Positions 9,932 to 20,871 of a DNA stretch of 26,874 nt are shown in pieces (within the stretch, counting starts at the first letter, position 1; each line of letters begins with the position of its first letter). Where the stretch lies: assembly GCF_006345805.1 (NCBI RefSeq), contig NW_021834138.1, forward strand, positions 1-26,874, written 5' to 3'. The DNA is from Octopus sinensis. Taxonomy: Eukaryota. The notes beneath the pieces were generated by a model. It worked only from the letters and a program-made list of their open reading frames with translations. It made no database searches and was not told the origin of the DNA. The translations under genes were made by a program, and so were the position numbers.

Positions 9932-10951
9932 TAACTTAGAATAATAACTTAGAAACGTTTTGGCCAGTATTGGCCCAGGCCATGTCTAACTTAATAGCAC
10001 CACCTGGCGAAGTCTTTCATTCAGGATTGGGCACCAAGGCCCCGAGCAGAGAGTTATTGTTTGCGGAGACATATCCGGGTGTGGGTGGTTTGTCCGAGAC
10101 TGTTTGAAGGAATTTGTCCAAAGATTTCTTGAATTTGTGTGGTCAGTTTCTTTTTTGACGTGTCCTGTGTAATGTTGAAGAGAGCGGGTCCAATTGAGGT
10201 GAAATAGTTGTGCCGTATTGTCGTTATGTGATGCGATTTAGATTTTGTTGTGGACGGATAGCACGTGGTCCAAGCCTTGGATGTATTTTGAAGGTGATGC
10301 CAACATCATTCGGACAGTGATGATGGAATATTTTCCACATCATACAGATAATGTAGCGTTCACGGCGTCGTTGGAGTGAATACAGTTTCAGCTTCTCTAG
10401 TCTAGTCTACCCCAGTGAGTCAAGGTCTGACATGCCATCTATCTTTTTTGTGATTGACCTTTGGGGAGCTCAATTCTCATAATATTTTGTTTTGTGTAGG
10501 GAGACCACAGTGGACAGCAGTATTCAAGGTGGGGTCGGGCAAAAGTGGAGAAGAAAGGATAATAGTGTGGAATCTCTCGATTGGAAGGTTCTGAGATCCA
10601 GGAACACATTCTGCGGGCCATGTCAACTTTGCTGCTTATATGTGTAGCCCAGCTTATGTTGTTGTCCACTGTTACTCCCAAGTCTCTGATGTTGTTGGAT
10701 GCCATGAGAATTTCTCCAGAAGGAAGAGAGTATGGGAGTTTCAGAGCGTCCTCCCTTCCAAAGTGGATCAGTTCGAATTTGTCTTCCTTTAGCAAATGTT
10801 ATTCTTTTCCGCCCATTGGACAACAGCCAGTAGGTCTGACTGAAGGCTTATTCGGTCATCCACGCCATTGATGACCTTCTGGAGCTTGGAATCATCAGCG
10901 AAGTTCTGATGTTACTGTGTTGATGGTGTCAGTAATATCATTTATGTAGAT
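9932..10951 (-). mobile_element. 5'-truncated CR1-type LINE (RT catalytic region to 3' end)
   Basis: Minus strand IYINDITD...FADD (10891-10902) SKLQ...QWAEKN...KFELIHFG...RDLGVTVDNNISWATHI...RPHLEYCCPLWSPY, with several frameshifts. The 3' UTR matches 7573-7610 and the tail is TTCTAAGTTA repeated twice. Confidence 0.92.
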
Positions 10952-10990
10952 ATATATATTTATATATTTATGTATATACATACACACATG

Positions 10991-11021
<31 letters not shown>

Positions 11022-11039
11022 TATATATTATATATATAT

Positions 11040-11081
<42 letters not shown>

Positions 11082-11463
11082 GATTGTGAATATGAAATGT
11101 GTTCCGAAGTGAATTGCAGCTGTACATGTCCTCCAGTCAAAAACAATACAACTATTATATCGCTTCTCATATTTATCACACTTTTTCGTATATTTCTTCC
11201 ATATTTCCATGTGTCTATTACACAAGTATTGTTACAAGTATGTTTGCATGCAAGTGGTTCCTGCATACCAGCGCATTTGCGTGCATATGCATATCTACAT
11301 GTATATATTGTAGCTGCACACACGCATACATGCGTATCTCTCTGTCTATCTATCTATCTATCTATCTATCTATCACCCTGTCTGTCTGTCACTTTCTCTC
11401 TCTTCATACTACATACATACATACATACATACATACTACATACATACATTCATACTACATACT

Positions 11464-11520
<57 letters not shown>

Positions 11521-11598
11521 TATACATACACATATATACATTATATATATAAATAAATATATGGAGTTAAACGCAGGTGTTATTCAAAATTCTTTTAC

Positions 11599-11684
11599 TT
11601 TCGACATTTGTTTAGAAGATATCACTGGTATTATTCCAAAGGAATAAAATGGTGTAAAACAATGTTATCTTCTCTTCAGGGAAA
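11599..11684 (-). ncRNA. Degenerate hammerhead ribozyme downstream of PLE (probable pLTR)
   Basis: Minus strand TTTC(C)-CTGAAGA-GAAGATA...TATCTTC-TAAA-CAAATG-TC-GAAA. The 7-bp stem II encloses a 44-nt loop, and GAAA has become TAAA (G12U). Confidence 0.45.
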
Positions 11685-11959
11685 TGAAAAATGAAATTCG
11701 TCCAATAAGACATTTTAACAGAAAATAATGGATACGTATAGTGATTAACTGAACGCTATTGAGTTTGTTTCAAAAAAACGTTAGCAGATATAACGTCAAA
11801 GGTAGCCTATAGAAAGAGGAAGGGTAAAAAACCCCCAAATAAATGAGAAGTATATAACTATATGTATATTAAATAAAACCATATAGGCTTGGAAAAAAGA
11901 TATAGCTAGTGAGTGTGTAATGTAAGAAGAAAATTAATGTTTAAATTATATATAATGAT

Positions 11960-12990
11960 ATATATAACTTAAATGAACTAAAAGTGTGTTTCTGCCAATA
12001 TTTACATCGGTATGAATGCTCTATAACAGTGTTTACAAGGGGAGTTTAGGAAAAAAGAATAAGAAATAGTTCAGAATTACAGAGAAGACAGAATTCCTTG
12101 CCTTTGTCATAAGGTATCCGTAAATGTAGAGTAATGATTAGAAATTCTTTTAGATAACTGAAAAGATGAGCTTCTTATATAAAAATACTTCATTACCAGA
12201 AGTAATTTTACACTGGTATATAGAATTTTAAATTTTAGAGTTACTTGACATAAACTTGATTCTGTTTTAATTGACTTCAGATACAATAACCTTGTTATTA
12301 ATATTGTTATTAATATTTCTAGGGGGATGGGGGATGGATGGTCTTAGCTAAATTTATGTTAGTATTAGTAAATCTATCAATATTTAACAGGTTAATATTA
12401 CGTGAAGAGATAATTTGTAAAAGATTTTTGTGTTGGAAAAAACAATCCTAACCGTGTGTGAGTTGATAATAGAGTAATACCTAGAATTCTTTGGAAAATT
12501 CCGAATAATAGCTTCACGAAACTGCAACTGGAGATTAGATTTAATTTGCCTCCCGTATGGAATAATTAGCCAAATGGTTTTACTATTAGTTATCTTATTT
12601 CTAGTGTAACTATTTTTGAAAGACGTAGATTTACCTTTAGAACGAAAATAGGGGTTTAAATAAGGGTTATCTCCCTTCTTCTGTTTGGTGTTAACATATA
12701 AATTAGAACTGATATCGTTTATATCCTTACAACTAAATTTCGTATCTCCATTAGTAAAGGTAGAATAAGATTGAATAGAATTAATGTAGGTAACTTTCTC
12801 TGTATAACCTGCTTTAAGTAAGGCGGAGTTATAAAATTCGGCCTTATCATTGAAAATGTCAACATTAGCAGATAACTTAGACAATCTAAATGAAATATTC
12901 TTAACTAAGTTCATAGTAACTGCCTTAGAATGATTACTGAATTTGCTAATATACTTAAGATTGGTCGATGGTTTGTGGTACGGGAAGTAC
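11960..12990 (-). mobile_element. Penelope-like element fragment: RT thumb, linker and GIY-YIG endonuclease
   Basis: YFPYHKPSTNLKYISKFSNHS...ISFRLSKLSAN...IWLIIPYG...RNFPKNSRYYSIINSHTVRIVFSN, then IYQCKIT (12201-12221) / FYIRSSS..SKRISNHYSTF, and C-terminal CLLCNSELFLI (12061-12092). These are PLE linker and GIY-YIG motifs. Confidence 0.85.
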
Positions 12991-13114
12991 GCGTTTTATG
13001 TGTAAGTTAATATATATATATATTATATATATAATATATTATATATATATATATACATACATACATGCATAATACACACACACATATATGTATTTAACTT
13101 TGGAAGAAAGACCC

Positions 13115-13370
13115 CAAACTTAAAAAATAAGTTTTGAGGTTGGTGCCCCAGCATGGTCAGAATCTAATGACTGAAACAGAATAATAATAGAATAGTTCCT
13201 CGTAATAGTATATAATATCGGATGTTGTCCAAGGTGTACTATGCCTCGAAAATGTTGGGTTGGGCACAAATGGAAGGCTTTTGTTTATAGTTTTACTGTA
13301 TGAGAATTAATTTGCGACTAAATTATACGTGCTCCAGCATGACCGCAATCAAATGACTGTAACAAGTGCA
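13115..13370 (+). mobile_element. Two short SINE family B 3'-end fragments (13115-13195, 13310-13370)
   Basis: GGTGCCCCAGCATGGTCAGAATCTAATGACTGAAAC and GTGCTCCAGCATGACCGCAATCAAATGACTGTAACAAG. Confidence 0.7.
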
Positions 13371-13389
13371 AAAAATGATTAAATGAAAC

Positions 13390-13792
13390 AAGGACAGCGA
13401 CCACAGCAGTAACATCAACAGCACCAACGACAACAGTCAAAACGACAAAGGCAAAATCGACAACAACAACAACAATAAGAGCAACAATAACAACAGCCAC
13501 AACAATAACTGGCTCTGGTTTTCCGTTCTCAAGTGAATCTTGATGGCCGAAAAGAAACCTGACATGAACACTTTTGAGATATAATAAATACGAGACAAAG
13601 ACGCCATCTTAACCGTGTCTCGCTCTTACAATACAGCTACAGTAAATAAAACAGCCATTAATAATAACAATGATACTCGTCGACCTCCTCCTCGTTCTCT
13701 TCCTTCTCCTCCTCCTCTTCCTCCTCCTCCTCCTCCTCCTCCTCCTCCTCCTACTACTACTACTATACTACAACTAATAATAATAACAACAG

Positions 13793-13825
<33 letters not shown>

Positions 13826-13906
13826 GTCAACATCAACAACAACCACAACAACAACAACAATAATAATTATAATAATAATAATAACAACAAAAACAACAAC
13901 AACAGC

Positions 13907-13946
<40 letters not shown>

Positions 13947-13971
13947 TAATAATAATAATAATAATAATAAT
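13390..13971. repeat. Compound trinucleotide microsatellite (ACA, CCT, ACT, AAT, CAT, CAA, AAT)
   Basis: Successive visible trinucleotide runs. Confidence 0.95.
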
Positions 13972-14079
13972 AGCAAAAAAATAATTCATTTCAGAAAGCA
14001 GAAAACAGGAAGATTTGTGTCTTGAAACGTGGGTGGATCAAGGAAATTTATTGTTCTAAACAACAACAACAACAACAAC

Positions 14080-14112
<33 letters not shown>

Positions 14113-14411
14113 AGTGGAGAAACATCTGCTTTTGCATTGAAAACAGGATTAGCCACAAGTTTTAACTTTTCTTTTATGAATGATTTTCTTCATCATATCA
14201 ATATATTTCCTTATATCTATGTATATACATACATATACATACACACCATATATACACAATTTATATATATCTACACATACATATAAATATATATGTATCG
14301 CATATGCATACATATAATCTACATATATGTTGGTAGTGATATATATAGATACATGTATGTATGTTTATATGGTATATGTATGTATATATGTATGATTGTA
14401 TATATATATAT

Positions 14412-14488
<77 letters not shown>

Positions 14489-14549
14489 AATATATCTATA
14501 TATGTAATGTATATAGATATATATATATTCATATATATATATATATTAT

Positions 14550-14583
<34 letters not shown>

Positions 14584-14769
14584 AACAATCATACATATAT
14601 ACATACATATACATATATAAACATACATACATGTATCTATATATATCCACTACCAACATATATGTAGATATATATGTATGCATACATACATATGTATATA
14701 CGTACGTATGTATATAGATGCACACACAACACACTCTCACATGTACACACGAAGAATTTGTAAGCATAT

Positions 14770-15040
14770 ATTTTATGTGGGACAACTGGAGGCCAAAGGA
14801 ATACCACTTGAAGGCATTTCTTGTTGTTTCTTCAATAAATCTATTTTAGAAGTTTTGGAAATATATTTCATTCTTTACAACGGTTTAGATGTCAAACGAT
14901 AAATTATCGAATTTGTTTTAGATAGCATTCTTCTTTCTCAAGTTCTTTACATCCTAATCTTTCCAATATCCTTCCTGCTCCCTATTGTAATTCCTTCCGA
15001 TAATCCTGCCTCCCGAAACATCCTTCCCTATTCTTTGTCT
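14770..15040 (-). mobile_element. Possible decayed Penelope-like N-terminal fragment
   Basis: With frameshifts the minus strand reads RLGCKELEKEECYL/NKFDNLSF/NRCKE*NIFPKLLK, resembling the K..L.FL..C....I.P.L motif also seen at 6200-6290. Confidence 0.4.
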
Positions 15041-15387
15041 TTCTAAACTGGTGTTTATACCCCAAGCCCCAAAGCTATCTCTGTAACAATGCTCTCTAAG
15101 ACAAGCAGAAGGCACGAATGGTTACAAAAGAGACAGAAAGATAGATTGAGAGAGAGAGAGAGAGAGAGAGAGTATGTGTGTGAGAGAAAGGGAGGGGTTG
15201 GAAGTGAGAAAAAGAGGGAGAGGCATGAATGATGTGAAGGTGATTTCCGGTGAAAAAGCAATGGCTTCTTATTTTGGTCATAGTCATATTTATAAAGAGA
15301 TTCTCACAACGTCTTTATTCACGCCTTGAGAAGAACTTTAGAGAGAGAAATTAAAAGGGAATATATATATATATATTTAGGAAGGTA

Positions 15388-15545
15388 GGTAGGTTCAAGA
15401 ATAACTGTATGGTTAATAGGTACTCTTTACAACAACGTGGTTTCTGGATGAGATCCACTTCGTGGAACCTTGGGCAGGAGTTTTCTACTATAGTCTCAGG
15501 ATGATCAATACTTTGTGAGTGAATGTGGTAGATGGAAACTGTATT
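15388..15545 (+). mobile_element. Diverged SINE family B 5' half
   Basis: CGTGGAACCTTGGGCAGGAGTTTTCTACTATAGTCTCAGG...TTGTGAGTGAATGTGGTAGATGGAAACTG. Confidence 0.7.
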
Positions 15546-15551
15546 AATGTG

Positions 15552-15585
<34 letters not shown>

Positions 15586-15799
15586 TTCTAAAAATTCTTT
15601 CGACTGATATGTAATCTTGACGGTTACCGTGTTGTCTCTTATATCGGTTCTCACTGCTGGCTGGCCACAGCGAATGTTGGTGAAACTCAAGCTGGTGAAA
15701 ATTTACTAGGACTCGGTTATTAACTTCGCTTAGTAAGTCCGAATCTCCTCTTAAGGACTGCGTAGATACCGCAGAGAAAATAATGAGATTAATGAAGAA

Positions 15800-16440
15800 A
15801 GGACATACACCTTTAATATGAAGATCAAAAATTTCTCTAGAAATAAACTATATGATAATACAGAAAGGATTATTATTCCCATCGGTAAGCAAAATTATTT
15901 CAAATATTCCGAATATATTCTATGCGGCAGTAGAAAAACATTTTCCAAAAAATAGCAAGGAACTATCAGTTGTTTAACACTCACGAAATTAAAGTAGCAT
16001 TTTCTAATAGTAGAAACCTAGCACAAATTATTGCGAAGAGATTAAATAATTTCTATGAGAATGGTTTAATTATAATCAGAACATAAACAGTAATTTGATA
16101 GCTAACAGTAATGAGATACGCTTCATTGATAGCTATAATATCATGAGAAATAGTTATAAGAGAAACAACACAAAGGAAGCAATCGATGACAATCCTAGGA
16201 TCGAACTTGAAGTAGAAGATATAAACGCTAGAAAGTGCAGCACTAGGAAAGTAAATAGCACTAATAACCGAAGGTATAGCAACAACAGAATTAATGCAAG
16301 GGAAGTAAAATGTGTTGATTCAGCTACTATAACGGAAAGCGGTGACCAGAATGTAAAAGTTCAAAATAGTGTAATTAACTTAGAACATAGAAAAAATAAA
16401 TATAAGAATATAATTAATCAAATAATTAAATAAATATTAA
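15800..16440 (+). mobile_element. Penelope-like element linker fragment, frameshifted
   Basis: RIIIPIGKQ/..AVEKHFPKNSK/NYQLFNTHEIKVAFSNSRNLAQIIAK is homologous to the 12420-12580 segment of the minus-strand PLE. An Asn-rich ORF follows at 16095-16433. Confidence 0.7.
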
Positions 16441-16490
16441 TCAAATATTCAGGACTGCCACTTTACGTTGGCAAATAGACTTTACCCCTC

Positions 16491-16596
<106 letters not shown>

Positions 16597-16711
16597 TATG
16601 TATGTATGTATGCATGTATGACACTGTTTAGTTTTATTTCAAGATTTCTTGCCAATAGAGAAAGAGCCAGTTCCTAACTTAGATTCAAGGCTCCTTCATT
16701 GGAATTTCAAC

Positions 16712-16930
16712 ATGTGTGTCTTTGTTTCTGTGTTTGCCCCTCTCCCACCCCAACGCTTGGTGTGTTTACATCCCCGTAACTTAGCGGTTTGGCAAAAGAA
16801 ACAAATAGAATAAGTACCAGGCTTACAAAATAATAAGCACCGGGGGTGGGGGCGATTCATTCGACTAAAATTCTTAAAGGTGGTGCCCCAGCTTGGCCGC
16901 AGTCTAATGACTGAAACAAATAAAATATAA
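16712..16930 (+). mobile_element. SINE family B 3' half
   Basis: GTGTTTACATCCCCGTAACTTAGCGGTTTGGCAAAAG...AGGTGGTGCCCCAGCTTGGCCGCAGTCTAATGACTGAAAC. Confidence 0.88.
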
Positions 16931-16962
16931 AATATATGTCTGCTCAACTTTCCTTATCCTAA

Positions 16963-17216
16963 GTTAAACAAATACAGCAACGAGTTACCCTAAGAATATT
17001 GCACATACAAGAACAAGTCGCACTCCCATCATTGTGCATGCAGCAACAAGTTGCACTTACAGCGTTGCACAAACAACAAGTTGCACTCACATCAATTCCA
17101 CACAATAGCATGCTGTACTCAGAGCATTGTACATAGAGCAACAAGCTGTACTCACATCATTTTACACACAGCAGAAATTTGTAATCAAAGCATTGTGCAT
17201 ACATGTTGCACTTGGG
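16963..17216. repeat. Degenerate 33-bp minisatellite with alternating (66-bp) higher-order structure
   Basis: Units start at 16998, 17031, 17064, 17094, 17126, 17159 and 17192 (30-33 nt; core CAACAAGTTGCACT). Unit ends alternate ATC/AGC. Confidence 0.8.
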
Positions 17217-17359
17217 TTGCGCATACACTTGTAGAAATTAATATTGCTAGGTCAGAGCCTTAATGCAATACTAGAGAGACCCAGCACAACGTTCTAATCG
17301 TAGGAATACGAACTGCTACTGTTTACCATTTTATTGACTCAGCACTCGACTCCGCTCAC

Positions 17360-17377
17360 CTGCAGCTCAGCTCTCTA
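17360..17377 (-). CDS. Candidate 15/18-nt microexon of an unidentified gene
   Basis: Minus strand TTGATTTTTCTTTCCTACTTAG|TAG|AGAGCTGAGCTGCAG|GTGAGC. Splice signals only, no homology. Confidence 0.2.
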
Positions 17378-17856
17378 CTAAGTAGGAAAGAAAAATCAAT
17401 ATCGCGTGCATTTTAAACCGATATATTATGGCAGTAATCGAATTCTTCTGAATCCATGCTGAAACATTGTTTCATTCTTAACCATATAGGAAAGAAAAAA
17501 GAAGAAAAAAAAATGAAGAACAAATTCTCAAAGTAGTTTTGTTGTAATAAGGGAAATTTTAGTTCTATTCCATCGTGAAGTGTTTTGCCCGAATTTACTT
17601 CTTGAACCAAATACGAATATATATACGATAACAAAAAATGATAGACATAAAGAAAACTATTAAATGTATCAGATACATTAAATCTATTTAATGTACACAC
17701 TGTACATTATATTATACATATACGCAGGCACATAGAGGCGCACTCACTATGTATAGATGCACGCACATGCGTGCATTTGTATGTTCGTATATATTCAATA
17801 TTTTTGCATATTCATAGCTGTTTATCAATCTATCTATCTATATACTATTTATATAT

Positions 17857-17934
<78 letters not shown>

Positions 17935-18842
17935 TATATATATATACATACATACATACATATATATATACATACATGCATATATATATATACATATAAA
18001 TGCATATATAATATACATACATGTATATTACATACATACATACATACATAATACATAATATATATATATATATAATAATTATATATATATAATATAATTA
18101 TATATAATATATATGCGCAATGTATCTATATTTGTACGTACACACGCATACATTGGATATATACATACATACATACAAACATATATATATATGTGTATAT
18201 ATAAATATGCATACATGTACATATATATATATATACAGATATACGCTATCACACTTTCCTTCTCTCTCCACATTCTCTCACAGTCTCTCTTCCTTTCTCT
18301 CTCTCCCCTCTCTCTCTATATATAGTTACAAACACCCACACACATAGTTAACCGTATACTTGTATATATGTATATATATATATATATATACACACATATA
18401 TTTGTGTAATTGAGTTCATTGCTTTACTTTATTTTCTTTTGCTCATAATGATGATTGAATCAATGGAGTTATACTTGGAAAGTCAGTCTCCTTGGTGATT
18501 GCTTAGAAATCGTTAGGTTGTGTACCGAGAAAACCTTAAAATACTCTGCTTCGCGGAAAAAGAGCAAAAAAAAAAAAAAGAAGACAGAAACGAAACTGAC
18601 GCGAGTTCTCCAAATCCTGTCTATTAGTGGCTCAGTGAAGATTTGCAAAACATTCCAAAAGTTCTTCGTCTGAAATTCTTATGTGAATAGATGCACACAC
18701 TTGGGTGTATGCATCGACAGTTCAATCAAGAAGCCAACTCAACCCCATAGTTACAAACACCGGGAATTCTTTTAATTCAAAAAATCTTGTTGCTTTGTAA
18801 GCAATCGGCTTGAAGTTTCTCATGAACTTAAATTAAACTTCC

Positions 18843-19212
18843 TCTCGGTGAGGAATACGGTCCCAAGGATTAGGTCCGGTTTCTGAGCCACTTGCCATTT
18901 CACCATTCGTTTACCGCATGAACTTACATATGCGTGGCTTAAGCTTTGATGCGAAGGTCTTAGGAACAGGACCCAACCACAGGGACCGTATTCCTCACTG
19001 CAAGGAGAGTGGATAACTGTGGCAATTCTATAGCTAATACATGCAACCAAAGCTGCGATCGCAGGTCGCACTAGGACGTTGGGCCGAAAAACGGCGTTCG
19101 GCCGCATTGGTCGCGCTGTAAATATTAGACTGAGCCCGGTGCGTACGGGCTGTTGCAGCCGCTGCCGCGTCCGCGTGCAGATCAAGGCGTGCAGCGGCTT
19201 CACACCCTTCGA
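18843..19212. pseudogene. 18S rRNA-derived fragment with inverted 5' portion
   Basis: Plus 19011-19048 GGATAACTGTGGCAATTCTATAGCTAATACATGCAACC matches the conserved eukaryotic 18S block. Minus 18930-18949 TCAAAGCTTAAGCCACGCAT and minus 18884-18904 GGTGAAATGGCAAGTGGCTCA match the 18S segments immediately 5' of it. A 17-bp inverted duplication lies at 18848-18864 and 18982-18998. Confidence 0.85.
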
Positions 19213-19384
19213 TATCTTTTGTAAACACCTAATAACTTATAAACATCTAATTATTAAAGCGGAAAAATCATCAGAAAAGCCATTTCGATTAAGTTTTTCA
19301 TATAAGTATATGTGTGTGTACGTGTGTGTGTGTATGTGTGTGTATGAATGTGTTTGTATGTGTGTGTGTGAGTGTGTGTGTATG

Positions 19385-19590
19385 TGTGCGTGCTTTTTGT
19401 GTCTGTTTGTGTCCCCATCACTACTTGACAACCGGTGTTGGTGTGTTTACGTCCTCGTAACTCACCGGTTCGACAAAAGAGACCACTAGAATATGTATCA
19501 GGCTTTTAGGGTTTATTCGTTCGACTTAACTTCTTCAAGGTGGTACCCCTGCGTAGCCGTAGTCTAATGACTTAAACAAGTAAAAAATCA
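19385..19590 (+). mobile_element. SINE family B 3' half, preceded by (GT)n
   Basis: CTTGACAACCGGTGTTGGTGTGTTTACGTCCTCGTAAC...AGGTGGTACCCCTGCGTAGCCGTAGTCTAATGACTTAAAC. Confidence 0.85.
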
Positions 19591-19758
19591 AGAGATTAAA
19601 TGATTAAAAGATTATGGAAAGCTAACTCCGTTTAAATGAGTAACTGATATTTTTCTGTCATAAACAAGAGACAGCTTTCATTCAGCCACAAGATGTTATT
19701 CAGATTGAATTACATACAAAGTTACTTATTACTTTTCGGGGTTTTGCTCAGAAGAAAA

Positions 19759-20050
19759 ATGGCTGACGTTAATAACAGAAACTCTAATACCGACATCAAA
19801 CGTACTAACAAATCTGTGAGCTTTCAAAGATAGCGAAAGAATTCGTTTCACTTCACTGGATCTTTACATTCAAATCAAGATTTACTCCGTTGCTTTCAAG
19901 AAGCAAATGGAAATCCATCTGTTGGCTATCTAAAGCGGTTAAAGAATTTCTGAAATGAACTCCATCCGAACATAAACTTCTTAATCGTTAAACGACTTAC
20001 ACAATACGCATCTTTCGTTGCTTGAAAAACGGCTGCTGCACACACGTAGA
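19759..20050 (+). mobile_element. Probable Dong/R4 LINE ORF N-terminal fragment
   Basis: A single frame with stops: MADVNN...NQDLLRCFQEANGNPSVGYLKRLKNF*NELHPNINF...[12 protein letters not shown]. This resembles the N..L..CY..A......GY.KRL...W...P......L..Q motif I recall for R4/Dong N-termini. Confidence 0.55.
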
Positions 20051-20116
20051 TGGCAATTGTTATCTTAACTCTTGCGATGGTAGTTTTCTGAAGACACCCA
20101 AAAGCAGCAAAAGCAG

Positions 20117-20117
<1 letters not shown>

Positions 20118-20207
<90 letters not shown>

Positions 20208-20225
20208 TATACATATATACATATA
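20118..20225. repeat. Pure (TA)n microsatellite
   Basis: About 40 uninterrupted TA units. Confidence 0.97.
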
Positions 20226-20342
20226 AAAGAACGCTAAAAATGTATAAACGAACCACTGGCATCAATGTTATTTAATAGTATGTAATTTCTATGAATCTTT
20301 GTATAAAACTAATTCGACAGTGAGGGCTGTAAGATCTGTATT

Positions 20343-20470
20343 TTTTTTTTGTTCTTGCTTGTTTCAGTTATTGGACTGCGGCCATGCTGGTGCATTACCT
20401 TGAACGCTTCAGTCGAACAAATCAGCCTCAGTACTTTTTTTTGTCAAAGTCTGGTACTTATTCTATCGTT
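20343..20470 (-). mobile_element. SINE family B 3'-end fragment
   Basis: Plus GTTTCAGTTATTGGACTGCGGCCATGCTGG is the reverse complement of the family B tail. Confidence 0.75.
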
Positions 20471-20595
20471 TTATACAAATACGCATGCGCAAATACATAT
20501 GCACACCCACACACACATACAGACACGATGATGATCTTTCAGTTTCCGTTTGCCATATACACTCTTAAATATTTATATTTTTAATATAAATATTT

Positions 20596-20871
20596 GTACT
20601 TATTCAGTCGGTGTCTTCTCCAAACCGCGAAGTTACGAAAACGTAGACAAAACAACACCGACTGTCAAGCAATGGTGGAAGACAAAAACAAATATAAGAT
20701 ACACATACGGCGGGATTCTACATAATTTCCGTCGACCAAATTCACTCAAAAGACATTAGTTAACCGGGAACTATAGAAGAAGACTCCTGCCCAGGTGCCA
20801 TGCAGCGGGATTGAACTAGAAACCACATTATTGCTAAGCGAGCTTTGTAACCACAGAGCCACACCTACGCC
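20596..20871 (-). mobile_element. SINE family B, head and body, unexpanded internal spacer
   Basis: Minus GGCGTAGGTGTGGCTCTGTGGTT...AGTTCAATCCC...GGCACCTGGGCAGGAGTCTTC...GACGGAAA...CCGCCGTATGTGTATCTTATATTTG...CATTGCTTGACAG. Confidence 0.8.

Noticed and set aside
13615-13863. Poly-Pro/Thr/His/Gln ORF resembling a transcription-factor low-complexity region
   Set aside because: It is entirely explained by abutting trinucleotide repeats, with no splice or domain support.
16963-17216. CRISPR-like array
   Set aside because: Units are contiguous and degenerate with no unique spacers, there are no cas genes, and the context is eukaryotic.
18440-18550. Possible minus-strand exon YFKVFSVHNLTISKQSPRRLTFQ after a poly-T tract
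   Set aside because: The acceptor is ambiguous, the donor is weak and the protein is not recognisable.
18951-18985. GCGAAGGTCTTAG resembling RNase P CR-I
   Set aside because: There is no complementary P4 partner, and the segment is the antisense of the 18S 5' end.
18843-19212. Functional rRNA gene
   Set aside because: Only about 350 nt, internally inverted, and with no further 18S, ITS or 28S sequence.
18820-19489. GC-rich ORFs 18820-19203, 19034-19228 and 19079-19489; also considered a CpG-island promoter or novel structured ncRNA
   Set aside because: The sequence and its hairpins are explained by 18S rRNA homology plus the inversion duplication.
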